A stretch of DNA of 64,000 nt from a virus (taxonomy: Duplodnaviria; Caudoviricetes), in the IMG/VR virus record IMGVR_UViG_3300028591_000071; one strand, written 5' to 3'. Below the pieces are notes generated by a model. The model searched no databases and was not told the origin of the DNA. It saw nothing but the letters and a program-made list of their open reading frames with translations. Below, in pieces: positions 47,236-57,592 of the stretch. Numbering within the stretch: position 1 is the stretch's first letter; the number at the start of each line of letters is the position of its first letter. The translations under genes were made by a program, and so were the position numbers.

Positions 47236-47787
47236 ATGGCAGCAAAGAAAACCACAGAAAAGAAGGAAACTGCACCAAAGAAAACCGTAACCATAAAGAC
47301 ACCGGAAGAAATAACCGTTGAGGTGAAGGAAGAAACTATTGATACGGAAGAACTTATAGCATCACTACCAAAGAACGAGGAAGGGCAGATTATCGGAGCA
47401 GATATGTATGCTGACGAATCATTAGCAGGTTCGGAGGGCGAGCAGGGTGTTGTTGACATTCAAGAGTTGGATGTTGAAAAAATTGAAGAGGCAGTAACAA
47501 GCGTTGATACGGAAATCAAGGACGACAGCAAAAAACTCGAAGAAGCAAAGGCTGAACTTGAAGAGACACTGAAACCTGTAGAAGAAATCGAGGAAGAGGT
47601 TAAAGAAATCGAGTCAAGGCAAGAGGAAATTCAGAAGATAATTGAAACCGAACCTGAAAAGGCAGAGGAAATTATCGAAAAAGAACTCAGTAAGGCAACA
47701 AAAATCAAAGAGAAAATTGAAAAAATAATCAAGAAGCCAAGAGAAAGCGTTACTACTTGGTGGAATGGAATGGGTTATGATTTTTAA
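47236..47787 (+). CDS. acidic coiled-coil hypothetical protein
   Basis: ORF 183 aa. Confidence 0.75.
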   Translation: MAAKKTTEKKETAPKKTVTIKTPEEITVEVKEETIDTEELIASLPKNEEGQIIGADMYADESLAGSEGEQGVVDIQELDVEKIEEAVTSVDTEIKDDSKKLEEAKAELEETLKPVEEIEEEVKEIESRQEEIQKIIETEPEKAEEIIEKELSKATKIKEKIEKIIKKPRESVTTWWNGMGYDF

Positions 47788-47789
47788 TT

Positions 47790-48311
47790 ATGAAAAGGAT
47801 TAAGACAGAAGATGAAGTCACAAGGGACATTCTCAACACCATAAGAAGAATGAACGAAAGTGCGGAATCAACAAATGAAAAGCGTTTACTTAACGAAGCG
47901 GAAGAAAACGCGAAGACAAATGCAATAGCAATAACGGACAACCCTGTTTTCGGACAGAATGTTCTCACTAATCAAATTCAATCGTTCCGTTCTTCAGTAG
48001 AGGGAGGGGCACAATTTTCAAAGCCGGACGAAGAAGATGTAGCATCTTCACCGCTTATTTATCTTCCGGACGATGGAAATCTTGTGTTCAGTGGCGTAAT
48101 TCCATGTCTTAATAACCTGAAATGGCAGTTTGTTCTCAAGACAAGCACGGGCAACGGTTGCTTCACATGGTGTGACGGCCTTATCCTTACCAAAGAAAAT
48201 ATGGCGATACTCAACAAGTTATATGGGTACTATGTCAATTGGAAAGAGAGCTGGACAATGGAAGCATCTGACCTCGAGGCATTGGCAAACCATTTCAAGG
48301 AAAACCAATAG
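47790..48311 (+). CDS. hypothetical (probable virion) protein
   Basis: ORF 173 aa. Confidence 0.75.
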   Translation: MKRIKTEDEVTRDILNTIRRMNESAESTNEKRLLNEAEENAKTNAIAITDNPVFGQNVLTNQIQSFRSSVEGGAQFSKPDEEDVASSPLIYLPDDGNLVFSGVIPCLNNLKWQFVLKTSTGNGCFTWCDGLILTKENMAILNKLYGYYVNWKESWTMEASDLEALANHFKENQ

Positions 48312-48341
48312 ATAATTTAAAAACATATATCCTTAAAAAAC

Positions 48342-48375
48342 AAAGCATCTCGTTTTGGGGTGCTTTCTCTTTTTT
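48342..48375 (+). terminator. intrinsic terminator
   Basis: AAAGCATCTC/GGGGTGCTTT + T tract. Confidence 0.65.
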
Positions 48376-48404
48376 ATTGATATTTATGTAAAAAAAAGAT
48401 AACT

Positions 48405-48575
48405 ATGGACAACAAAAGGATACCCCCATCTACGAATTTTCTCAGTAACTATGACTTTTACCCGGGGGCATCATGTAATTGTGGCGGTAATCCGCCTCCC
48501 GAGCCCGAGCCTGATTGTACCACATATTTTGTTGACGATTATTCCGTTGATGAGTTTGAATCCACCTCGCATTAG
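48405..48575 (+). CDS. small Cys/Pro-rich protein (56 aa)
   Basis: MDNKRIPPSTNF...CNCGGNPPPEPEPDC; TATTTAT motif upstream. Confidence 0.5.
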   Translation: MDNKRIPPSTNFLSNYDFYPGASCNCGGNPPPEPEPDCTTYFVDDYSVDEFESTSH

Positions 48576-48630
48576 GGTGGATTTTTTACTATTATTATGC
48601 TATTTATATGTGATTAAATATAGGTTTTGT

Positions 48631-48876
48631 ATGGCAAAGAAAGTTATTCTAAACGAATCGATGTTCAATCGCCTGATGTGCGAACAGGTCATCTCGGAAA
48701 GCGAGGTGACTAAGGCGGAGATATCGAAAATGATTAAGGATGCCATTAAAGACGACAGGACTATAAATAAAGATATTGAAAAGAAGGTCAAGGCACTTGT
48801 GGCTCAGGCAGTCAATACGCTGTTCAGGACACTGTGGCAGCGTAGGAATTTCTATGAGGATGAAATCAAAAGGTAA
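48631..48876 (+). CDS. hypothetical protein
   Basis: Start reassigned to MAKKVILNES after CTATTTAT. Confidence 0.7.
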   Translation: MAKKVILNESMFNRLMCEQVISESEVTKAEISKMIKDAIKDDRTINKDIEKKVKALVAQAVNTLFRTLWQRRNFYEDEIKR

Positions 48877-48878
48877 GT

Positions 48879-50156
48879 ATGGCTCACGATGAAATGACAA
48901 GATACGCCTTCATCTCACACATGGAGGATTACATGAAGAAACTTCTCACCGACCCGCTGAAGGCCGATACTGATGAGTTTCTTAAAAGTCACGGCATTGA
49001 CGGTCCAAGAGCAATAGAAATACTTACTAAGAGAACCGACCCGAATGATGAGAATTCATCAATAGTAGTGAAGAAAGCGGCAATCAGGGATAACGGTACA
49101 GACGAAGACGGCAAGCGTTTGAAAGATACATTCACCGTTAAGTATAGAATTCCAAGAAAGGACTATACGAAGAAGATGAGAAATCTTTACATTTCATTGT
49201 TTGAAAGTAATATCGTTGAGGGTTGCCCGATAATTGAAGAAGGCGCTTGGGGCTATGGCATACTTGACAACGACTCCGCACTCGATTATCAGTCTGAAAC
49301 AACATCTGCATACATTAAAAAGGTTATAAAGGACATTAAGAAATCTCCCGATTCTCAGGGTAAATGGGCAAAGGTTGGGGTTCTCGTCGATTTCCTTAAG
49401 AAATACAAGAGTGACGAACTTCAAGTTACTGACATTTATAGTGCTGCAATCGATTTTGCCAAAGATGTGTTAAAGGACCTTTTTGACGACGAGTCATTTA
49501 TCTCGTCGTGGGATGATGAATCAAAAATTAAATCATCACTAAAAAAGGCATTCAACGACGTTTCTATTTTAAGATACAACGAGGATATTATGATTTCAGG
49601 TGAAAAAGAGCCCGAGAATCATCCTGACAGGGGAGAAGTATCGCTTAATCCGCATCCTGTCTCCAATGATGGAAAATTAATGGAAGATGGAGAATGTGCG
49701 GGTGCAACAAATGCAGATTCAAGCGGCCAATTTACAACTCCATTGTTTGGTAGCCCAATAAGAAAGAAAACGATGTACATCACCCAAGAACAGGCGGATT
49801 ATATTGGCCACATGTTAAAAGAAGAAGAGACGAACGGGGCAATGTCAACACCACCTGTCGATAGCAGGATAGGACATTTCGGATACACAGCCCCTATCGG
49901 AGACGGAAAGAACAACAAGGGAAACGATTTCTACAAAGAAGCGAATGACCACAAGGACATGATGAAAAAAAGTTGGCAAGGCGCCGTAGAGGAAGAAAAA
50001 TCGGGTATCCATATCAAAGAAAAAAATAAGGGCAAATTTAATGCTACGAAGGAGAGGACGGGCAAGAGTACGGAAGAATTGACTCACTCAAAAAACCCAT
50101 TAACTCGCAAGAGGGCCATCTTTGCTCAAAATGCAGCACGTTGGAATAAGAAATGA
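48879..50156 (+). CDS. multidomain hypothetical protein (internal DUF4259-like GAWG..DND.ALD motif)
   Basis: ORF 425 aa, basic C-terminal module. Confidence 0.75.
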   Translation: MAHDEMTRYAFISHMEDYMKKLLTDPLKADTDEFLKSHGIDGPRAIEILTKRTDPNDENSSIVVKKAAIRDNGTDEDGKRLKDTFTVKYRIPRKDYTKKMRNLYISLFESNIVEGCPIIEEGAWGYGILDNDSALDYQSETTSAYIKKVIKDIKKSPDSQGKWAKVGVLVDFLKKYKSDELQVTDIYSAAIDFAKDVLKDLFDDESFISSWDDESKIKSSLKKAFNDVSILRYNEDIMISGEKEPENHPDRGEVSLNPHPVSNDGKLMEDGECAGATNADSSGQFTTPLFGSPIRKKTMYITQEQADYIGHMLKEEETNGAMSTPPVDSRIGHFGYTAPIGDGKNNKGNDFYKEANDHKDMMKKSWQGAVEEEKSGIHIKEKNKGKFNATKERTGKSTEELTHSKNPLTRKRAIFAQNAARWNKK

Positions 50157-50350
50157 ACAACGATATAAGAATATACGGAAACGGACTTAATTCAGAAGTA
50201 ATTAAGGATATAAAGTCTCTCAATGAAAAGATTGAAAAGGAACAAGACCCTGAATCCGCATTGAAATTGAGACTACAGAGACTTTATCGTGGTATGGAGT
50301 TGAACACAGGTATAGCGACAAGGCAACTAAATGGGTATTACCCATATTAA
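50153..50350 (+). CDS. hypothetical protein
   Basis: ATGA-coupled. Confidence 0.65.
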   Translation: MNNDIRIYGNGLNSEVIKDIKSLNEKIEKEQDPESALKLRLQRLYRGMELNTGIATRQLNGYYPY

Positions 50351-50374
50351 TAAAACATAATAAAAAGAATAAAA

Positions 50375-51253
50375 ATGGAACAAGTATTCACTGTTAAGGC
50401 GTTGAAGAATCTTGTTGCGGAAAGTTCCAATGAGTTCAAGGCAGTCCTTGGACCAAATGTGGAAGAGGATAACAAGAAAAATAACGGTAAGGCCTACAGC
50501 GACGCCAAGAAAAGGGCCAATGACTATGACGGCGGTCTTGAGCATGAAATGCTCGAGGAAAGACCTGACTATGTAAAGGTTGATGCAAATAAAACCACGC
50601 TCGACTACAACCCACAAAATGCGACAGAAGAAATGAAGGAAAGATGGAAGGCACAAGCCGAAGGCTACACTTCTGTTGCTGAAAAGAATAACGGAATAGC
50701 AAAAACAGGCGAGCGCAAAGGCAACGAAAATGCCTACAAAGGAATCAAGGACGCGGGCAAAAAGATTCACAAGGCTGAAGATGAATATAAATTCACAAAG
50801 GTACAGGTCCGTGACGAGAATCCAAAACCTTATAGCAAGGATGAGATGTATGAAAGCAAAGACGGCTTTGATATGAGGAACATGATTGACAGGTTCCGTT
50901 CAAACGCTCAACCGACAGTTCTTAAGGAACATATTAAAACCGTTTATTTCAAAAAGACGACATTCTTGAGTGAAGACCACATGAAATCAAGGATTCCTGA
51001 TGAATTTAAGAAAGAAGGTGAGCAGTTCAAGATGAAAGACAAGACCGGAAACGTCTATCTGATGGAATGGAAAGATGGAAACGGAAAGATATTGGAACAC
51101 ACCAACAAGAACGGAATGACTGAATCACTCAACGAGATGAAGACGCTCTATTCTTATACCCCATCGGCAAACGAAGACTCACACTCAAGCAGATTGAATG
51201 AGAACGACGCGGCATTTGTTGAGGTACTGAATAAAGTAAGAAAAATAAAATAG
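50375..51253 (+). CDS. hypothetical (probable virion) protein
   Basis: ORF 292 aa, TAG stop. Confidence 0.8.
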   Translation: MEQVFTVKALKNLVAESSNEFKAVLGPNVEEDNKKNNGKAYSDAKKRANDYDGGLEHEMLEERPDYVKVDANKTTLDYNPQNATEEMKERWKAQAEGYTSVAEKNNGIAKTGERKGNENAYKGIKDAGKKIHKAEDEYKFTKVQVRDENPKPYSKDEMYESKDGFDMRNMIDRFRSNAQPTVLKEHIKTVYFKKTTFLSEDHMKSRIPDEFKKEGEQFKMKDKTGNVYLMEWKDGNGKILEHTNKNGMTESLNEMKTLYSYTPSANEDSHSSRLNENDAAFVEVLNKVRKIK

Positions 51254-51274
51254 AATAGAAACACACACATAGCG

Positions 51275-51958
51275 ATGGAAGAATTAAACGGAAAAGTAGA
51301 TACCACTATCGGTTGGATAGAGAAATTGAGTGGCGTATTGAAGAAGCACGGGCTTCAGAACATATTACTGACGATGATGGTTTTGTTCCTTACGGTAGTT
51401 GTCGCAAGGTTAACTTTCAATCCTGAGTCGTTATTCAACAAGATGGACGAAATCAAGCAAAAGGCGCATACCGAGTCCGTAATGAAGAGGCTTAACAATG
51501 AGCCACAGATAAGGGAAGCGGTTATTAACCTAAGGAGTGATTTGGATGCTGACAGGGTTTATATTCTCGAAACCCATAACGGTGGAGAGAACTTAGCAAA
51601 CCTCCCATTCCTTTATGTTGACCTGACATACGCAGAACCAAGGAGTCAGGCTGCTTGGATGGAAGAAGAATACAAGAATGTAAGATTGTCAAGGTATCCT
51701 TGGGCATCGGAGGTATTCAGACAGACTTATTGGTCGGGAACGATTGAAGTGCTTGAAGAACTTGACCCCGAACTATATTACAGATTGAAAAATGAAGATG
51801 TTCGCTTCATGGCTTCAATGATGCTGTATGGAACCTATAACCCTTGTGGAGTTGTCGGTGTAGTTTATACTGATGACAACTATCCTTCAGATGACACGAT
51901 AAAACGTGTTTTAATGCGATACGCGACAACACTGTCAACACTACTTAACAATGAATAA
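51275..51958 (+). CDS. single-TM protein with GAF-like soluble domain (holin/antiholin-like)
   Basis: One N-terminal TM; ADRVYILETHNGG. Confidence 0.6.
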   Translation: MEELNGKVDTTIGWIEKLSGVLKKHGLQNILLTMMVLFLTVVVARLTFNPESLFNKMDEIKQKAHTESVMKRLNNEPQIREAVINLRSDLDADRVYILETHNGGENLANLPFLYVDLTYAEPRSQAAWMEEEYKNVRLSRYPWASEVFRQTYWSGTIEVLEELDPELYYRLKNEDVRFMASMMLYGTYNPCGVVGVVYTDDNYPSDDTIKRVLMRYATTLSTLLNNE

Positions 51959-51963
51959 GAAAC

Positions 51964-51988
51964 GGCGGTTTAAACACCGCCTTTTTTT
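51964..51988 (+). terminator. intrinsic terminator
   Basis: GGCGGT/ACCGCC + T7. Confidence 0.75.
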
Positions 51989-52038
51989 ATTGCTTTTATC
52001 ATTAATTTTCTGTATATTACTTCAAAGTTAAAATTTTT

Positions 52039-52470
52039 ATGGAAATATCTGAAAGGATAAAACGCCTTGGAAACTATTTTGAAGAAATGCAGATTACTGA
52101 CGCAGACGGGCAGAAGGTAATCTATATCGTCGTAAATTTTCCAAACAGATGGGTTATAGATGAAGAGTTTGCTAAATCTAAGGGCGTTACCATTGCCGAA
52201 GACCAAATGCCGGGCAGATATTATTTCTGTACGGACTTAGAAACAGGTGCGGATGTGGTATTTGATGTAATAGATGATAACATAGATAAGATGAAAGAGG
52301 CCATAGAAAGGGCCCAACTTCTTGCAACAAAAACAAAGGAACTGAAAGCATTGTTTGAGGACGAGAAAACAAAAATAGAAAAACTCAGGACAATCAAATT
52401 CTGTTTTGATGACGACACGCCTGAAGAAATCATAGTACCGAAACAAACCAAGGGGGATAAGAAGAAATGA
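52039..52470 (+). CDS. hypothetical protein
   Basis: ORF 143 aa. Confidence 0.75.
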   Translation: MEISERIKRLGNYFEEMQITDADGQKVIYIVVNFPNRWVIDEEFAKSKGVTIAEDQMPGRYYFCTDLETGADVVFDVIDDNIDKMKEAIERAQLLATKTKELKALFEDEKTKIEKLRTIKFCFDDDTPEEIIVPKQTKGDKKK

Positions 52471-52874
52471 ATGCGTGGCTGATAATATTCGTTTACTGTT
52501 TCGTTGCCTACGGCCTGTCCAATATGGTGGTCTTTGGGAGCGGCCCGTTTCGCATATTCGAACATCTGAGAAGCCTGTCATCTGCAATATCAGACCATTT
52601 TGGTATGCTGTTCTCCTGTATGATGTGCTTTCCTGCGAATTTCGGGTGGGTAATATCGCTAATTGATTGGTTCTTAATCAAAGAGGTTGCCATAACCCCG
52701 TTTAACATAATGCTTGCAGGAACAGGACTGTGGTGGCTTGCACTTATATTGGATTGCTGTTTTACTTCCGGCGTTGTTTGGTTTATACACCACATTGAAA
52801 CGTTCTTCGAAAATCTCGGAGGCGGGGAAAACGACATTGAAGAAAATGACGATGTAATACAAATCAACAGTTGA
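52467..52874 (+). CDS. membrane protein (DUF1360-like)
   Basis: TM segments, IFEHLR..LFSCMMC. Confidence 0.65.
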   Translation: MNAWLIIFVYCFVAYGLSNMVVFGSGPFRIFEHLRSLSSAISDHFGMLFSCMMCFPANFGWVISLIDWFLIKEVAITPFNIMLAGTGLWWLALILDCCFTSGVVWFIHHIETFFENLGGGENDIEENDDVIQINS

Positions 52875-52875
52875 T

Positions 52876-53142
52876 ATGGATTACCTTGTATCAAAAGAAA
52901 TCAAGGAAATGAGGAATGAGGAGGCAATGATTAAAGAATCATTGGCTGCGGAGAAATTCTCATTTCAGCGGCAACTCGAAAACGGTCTCGGTGAACAAAT
53001 GATGGAAGAATTGAAAAAACCGAAGAAGCCAAATGTTATCATAGGATTAAAGAACAAAATAAGACGGGCGAGAACAATAAGAAAGTGCAATAAAGAAGAA
53101 CGGAGAATACTTAAGGAACAAAAAAAACGGGGAGACGTTTAA
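52876..53142 (+). CDS. hypothetical protein
   Basis: ORF 88 aa. Confidence 0.65.
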   Translation: MDYLVSKEIKEMRNEEAMIKESLAAEKFSFQRQLENGLGEQMMEELKKPKKPNVIIGLKNKIRRARTIRKCNKEERRILKEQKKRGDV

Positions 53143-53156
53143 GTCTTCCCGTTTTT
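53123..53156. terminator. bidirectional terminator
   Basis: AAAAACGGGGAGAC/GTCTTCCCGTTTTT. Confidence 0.7.
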
Positions 53157-53178
53157 CCATTAATATTTGCTCAATTGA

Positions 53179-55497
53179 TTAATATTCACCACAGTCAATT
53201 CCAAATTCGCTGAAATCAAGTTTCCTGTTAGAATCAAGTGAAGCGCCACTTTCCTTACCGGTTGCAATACCCTGTACAGAAGCGTTTGCTGCAGCGACTG
53301 CATCCTGAAGGCCTTGAGTAGCAGCAACTGTTACGGTGTTGTTAGCGGCTGTTGCTGAAACAAAGGTGTCTCCGGTTGCGCCTGTCAATGCGTTTGCTGC
53401 TACTTGGTCTGCGTATGCCTTTGCACCGTAAACGGTAGTTGCGCCTGAGTTATCAGATGCTGTACCAACAACCGTAGAAACTGCTGCCGCTGATGCCGCT
53501 GCGGCTGAGCCTGCTGCGTCAAATGCTGTGGCCTCTGCATATGCTGCTGAACCAAGTCCATGAACAGCAACATCGGCCCCGTTAACTGCGATTGTACCAT
53601 CGGTAGCACCTTCTGCTACAGTGACATTAACCTTCTTGTTACCATCGATTGTAAGGTCTGTACCGTTAACCTGAACACCTTCGAGAACATTATCTTCGCC
53701 AAGATGCATTCCGTCGAGTCTGCTCTCAAGAGCACCGAGAGTGCTACCTGATTCTGATGCACTGCCGACAACTGCGGTGATTGCTGCTGCTGATGCCGCT
53801 GCGGCTGAGCCTGCTGCATCGAAAGCGCTTGCCTCTTCGAATGCTGCGCTCTTAAGTCCTGTGACCGCAACATCTGAACCATTAACTGCGATAGTACCGT
53901 TATTAGTACCTGCGGCTACTGTTACATTAACCTTCTTGTTTGCGTCAGGAGTAAGGTCTGCGCCGTTTACCTGAACACCTTCAACTGTGTTAACCTGTGC
54001 GCTTGCTGCAACACTTGCCAACTTGTCGAAATCAGCGGCTGACATTGCACCTGCACCCGTTGAACTTGCAGCAGCCATTGCAATGCCGTTAGCACCGAGT
54101 GAAAGACCGTTGCCATCAACAACCTTTGCAGAAATTACATTACCGGTAGAAATCTCGATACCATTACCCTGAGTGTAAACATCAACAAGGTCTGATACGA
54201 GAATATCAACTGGCTCTGCCTGATTTGCAATTGTGAGGCGTAGAACCTTTCTGTCTTGGTCATCTAATGTGACCTGACCACTTGTAACAACGAGGTCCTT
54301 AGGGATGTCAACCTTTCCAATCTCTGAACCATTCTGTGAGAATGTATAGGTCTTGAGATAACCCTCTGTAGTGGTTGCTGTGCTGATTGTAACATTTGAA
54401 CCGGTTGCGAGCGCATCGATTCTATCTTCGAGGCCACCAAGAGTCTTGGTCTCACCCGTCATGTCGCCAATGAGCTCGGTCTTAACAGTGTTTGCTGCGC
54501 CTGATGCGTCGAACGCTGTGGTGTCTGCATACGCTACTGAACCAAGACCGTGAACACTGATATCAACTCCGTTTACCTTAACAGTACCATTTGCAGTACC
54601 CTCTGCTACGAGAATATCAACTGCCTTGTCGGTAACTGTAAGAGCGGTTCCATTAACCTTAACGGTTTCGATTACATTAGTCTGTGCGCTTGCTGCGATG
54701 CTTGCGAGTTTTTCCTTCTCAGCGGTTGTGTAATCGTTGGTTGAAAGGCCCTTGCCTTCAACTTTGTCAACCTTGTTTTCAAGACCAGAAACAGCACCAT
54801 CCCATGCTGTTACCTTCTCTGCTGTGATTCCGTCAAGAACGCTTGCATTTGCATGTGTGTGCTTCTTTGCTACTGCGTCAGCGAGGTCTGTTTCAGTCTG
54901 TGTGTAAGTGTCAAGGAGCGCCTTATTTGTGTGTTCGTGAGCCTTTGCCTCTGCTGCGTCCCACTTTGCCTTGTCGCCACTTGCAATGAGGTCAAGTTCT
55001 GCCTTATTGGCGTGCTCATGCTTCTTTGCTACTGCATCTGCGAGGTTTGCTTCAGTTTGTGTGTAAGTGTCAAGGAGCGCCTTGTTTGTGTGTTCATGTG
55101 CTGATGCCGCTGCATTATCCCATGAGGTAACCTTTTCGGATGTGATTCCGTCAAGGACCGCCTTGTTGTCATGAGTGTGAACGCTTTCCTCAATGGTTTC
55201 TACCCTTCCACTCAATGAATCCACATCTGTTCTTAATGCGGTGTCAACTCCCTGTAACTCGGTTTTTGTTGCAGCGAGGTCAGTTTTAAGCGCATAAACA
55301 TCAACTGTTGCAGCACTGATAAGTTTTCCAACTCCATCCTCATCGAGGAACTTAACAACGGTTCCGTCGTTCTTTTTTGTATACAACGCAGCCTCTTCGT
55401 TTGCGTGTTGAACGGCTATTTCACCAAGGTTAAGGTCACTTGCTGATGGGGCCTTAACAGTTTTACTGTGTAAATGTACTAATTTTTGTCTTGCCAT
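53179..55497 (-). CDS. tail fibre-like protein
   Basis: HxHxNK repeats, KVDKVEGKGLSTNDYT, repeated VQVNG modules. Confidence 0.85.
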   Translation of the reverse strand: MARQKLVHLHSKTVKAPSASDLNLGEIAVQHANEEAALYTKKNDGTVVKFLDEDGVGKLISAATVDVYALKTDLAATKTELQGVDTALRTDVDSLSGRVETIEESVHTHDNKAVLDGITSEKVTSWDNAAASAHEHTNKALLDTYTQTEANLADAVAKKHEHANKAELDLIASGDKAKWDAAEAKAHEHTNKALLDTYTQTETDLADAVAKKHTHANASVLDGITAEKVTAWDGAVSGLENKVDKVEGKGLSTNDYTTAEKEKLASIAASAQTNVIETVKVNGTALTVTDKAVDILVAEGTANGTVKVNGVDISVHGLGSVAYADTTAFDASGAANTVKTELIGDMTGETKTLGGLEDRIDALATGSNVTISTATTTEGYLKTYTFSQNGSEIGKVDIPKDLVVTSGQVTLDDQDRKVLRLTIANQAEPVDILVSDLVDVYTQGNGIEISTGNVISAKVVDGNGLSLGANGIAMAAASSTGAGAMSAADFDKLASVAASAQVNTVEGVQVNGADLTPDANKKVNVTVAAGTNNGTIAVNGSDVAVTGLKSAAFEEASAFDAAGSAAAASAAAITAVVGSASESGSTLGALESRLDGMHLGEDNVLEGVQVNGTDLTIDGNKKVNVTVAEGATDGTIAVNGADVAVHGLGSAAYAEATAFDAAGSAAAASAAAVSTVVGTASDNSGATTVYGAKAYADQVAANALTGATGDTFVSATAANNTVTVAATQGLQDAVAAANASVQGIATGKESGASLDSNRKLDFSEFGIDCGEY

Positions 55498-55736
55498 AAT
55501 TTAAACGCGTTTTTATTTTTATTTTATGATATTATTGTCAGTTTTTATCGTATATAAATAGTGCCCACCCCGCAAAACGCGAGATGGGCAACCAATCTTA
55601 TTAACAATAAAATCGCTAAAAAATAAAATCGATAATGGCCGGCAGCATACTCAGCCACATATCAAACAACGCTGTGTACGGCGCAACATATTTATACAAA
55701 AACCACTCCATATATTTATTATACAAATTTTTGAAC

Positions 55737-56753
55737 TTATTTCAAAGTGAAATATTTCGTAGCATTCATCCTTATTTTCTTTATCGTCCATCCGGTCATT
55801 TCCTGTAGCTCTTTTTCAAGTTTCAGTGTAGATTCGGTCTTTTCCGTCTTGTCGCCTATGAATAACAATTGTTTCAATTTATCTTTCTTAGCCTCTACTT
55901 GCAACTCGTTATACAACCTTACCGAATCATAGTCGCCTTTGCAAACGACAAATTCAAGGGAGCCGTCATCATATCTGACCATCAACTTGTTCCTGTAGGT
56001 AAAAATCCTCCTAAACTCATACGGGCCAAAGCCATCTTGAACAATCAACTCTTTATATATCCAATCAAAGGTCTTCCTATCCTTCCTGCTGTCATACCCC
56101 CAAACCCAAAATGTCTCCTCGATGTTGAACCTGAACTTGTCAATTATTTCCCACCCTTCAAGGTCGGTCTTCTGTTCAACTATCTTTCCATATTCGTTCC
56201 TGAGCATTGATGGCCCCCTGTCTGTCCTTTCTATCATCACGCATTCATCAAGAGTTGATTTGTACGTGTGGTCGTAGAGGTGGATATGTTTCGGAAACCT
56301 TACAGATTCGGATATGAACTTCTGTCTGTTGAATTCCAAATAGGCATCTTCGCTCGTGTAGTATTTCCCTATCGTATATGAACGTTTTCCATTCCTGCAA
56401 ATCAATACCTTGAAGTTATACTCCCGCTTTTCCTTGTTTTCACGCTCTTCGGCCCTTTTCTGCCTCTCCTTTTCCTTTTTCTTTTTTGCGCGGTATCTTT
56501 TAGCGTAATTCGGTGTCGGACCAGGCTTTTTCTTCCTCTTCTGTTTTATCCCATTCGCCCTGTCCTGTTCTTTCTTTAGCCTTTTTTTCTCCGCAAGTTC
56601 AGCCTTCTCCTTTTCAGCCTTTTCCTTCCTTCTGCGTGCCCAATATGCGCGAAGCCCCGCCTTTCTTTTCTTGGCGGTTACCTTCTTCATCTTCTTGGAT
56701 ATTTTCAATCTTCGCTGTATCTCTTTCTCAGGAAGTCCTTCAAGGCTTTGCAT
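55737..56753 (-). CDS. hypothetical protein with very basic N-terminus
   Basis: ORF 338 aa. Confidence 0.75.
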   Translation of the reverse strand: MQSLEGLPEKEIQRRLKISKKMKKVTAKKRKAGLRAYWARRRKEKAEKEKAELAEKKRLKKEQDRANGIKQKRKKKPGPTPNYAKRYRAKKKKEKERQKRAEERENKEKREYNFKVLICRNGKRSYTIGKYYTSEDAYLEFNRQKFISESVRFPKHIHLYDHTYKSTLDECVMIERTDRGPSMLRNEYGKIVEQKTDLEGWEIIDKFRFNIEETFWVWGYDSRKDRKTFDWIYKELIVQDGFGPYEFRRIFTYRNKLMVRYDDGSLEFVVCKGDYDSVRLYNELQVEAKKDKLKQLLFIGDKTEKTESTLKLEKELQEMTGWTIKKIRMNATKYFTLK

Positions 56754-56823
56754 TTGTTTTTGTCAATAAATCTTTGTATATTCATATAAGTATAACGAAA
56801 AATAATTCCAAAATAAAGATTAT

Positions 56824-57333
56824 ATGGCAAAGTATTCACAAGCAACGGAAGAGGTCGAAAGCCTCGTGGCAGAAATTTCAAGCGAAATAGGGCTTGAGCA
56901 GTTCGGCGTTGATTTCCAGCCGATTTTTATCAATAAATCAAAGGATGTGTGCAAAGTTGTAAAAGCAAATGAATTGTTCGAATACACATCAAAGAGGGAA
57001 GACCTCGTTTTTGTCGTTTGCAACGAAGATGCATTTAGCGGAACCGACCCTCAAGGCCACCCTTATGCTGACGAAAAGACAAAGTACCTTTGGCTCCGTA
57101 CGGAAATGGATAAGGTAAGTTATGACACTGAGAAATTGAAATTGATTATCGGTTGCCCGCAGATAACACTCCCCGTGGGCCTGTACGAAAAATACAAGGA
57201 AGAGGGAAAAGATGAAGTCCTTCTACAGAACGCACTTCTCGGACAACATCTTCTCGCGAAGATAGAGCAGGATAAGAAAGAAGAAGCCGAAAGGCGTAAA
57301 GCATTAAGGACAAAGAAAAGCAAGGAACAATGA
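56824..57333 (+). CDS. hypothetical protein
   Basis: ORF 169 aa. Confidence 0.75.
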   Translation: MAKYSQATEEVESLVAEISSEIGLEQFGVDFQPIFINKSKDVCKVVKANELFEYTSKREDLVFVVCNEDAFSGTDPQGHPYADEKTKYLWLRTEMDKVSYDTEKLKLIIGCPQITLPVGLYEKYKEEGKDEVLLQNALLGQHLLAKIEQDKKEEAERRKALRTKKSKEQ

Positions 57334-57512
57334 TAGCGGAAGTATTTGCAATCATATTCGCTTTGTTGATATACATCGGAATATGTGCCGTTATTTCGGC
57401 GGTGATAAAATCTTCCTCGGGAGGACGGAAGCCATTTTGGTGGGTATTTTTCTTCGGAGCAATTGGGGCAATCATAACGATATTGCTTGACATAAGAGAT
57501 AAATCCGTGTAG
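57330..57512 (+). CDS. small two-TM protein
   Basis: ATGA-coupled, hydrophobic. Confidence 0.65.
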   Translation: MIAEVFAIIFALLIYIGICAVISAVIKSSSGGRKPFWWVFFFGAIGAIITILLDIRDKSV

Positions 57513-57541
57513 TGTAGTCACGAGCGCTCATTGGCGCAAAA

Positions 57542-57571
57542 AAAAAGGAGGCCGTTTAAGGTCTCCTTTTT
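57542..57571. terminator. bidirectional terminator
   Basis: AAAAAGGAGGCC/GGTCTCCTTTTT. Confidence 0.75.
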
Positions 57572-57592
57572 CTGTTTTAGTTTTGTCTTAGA

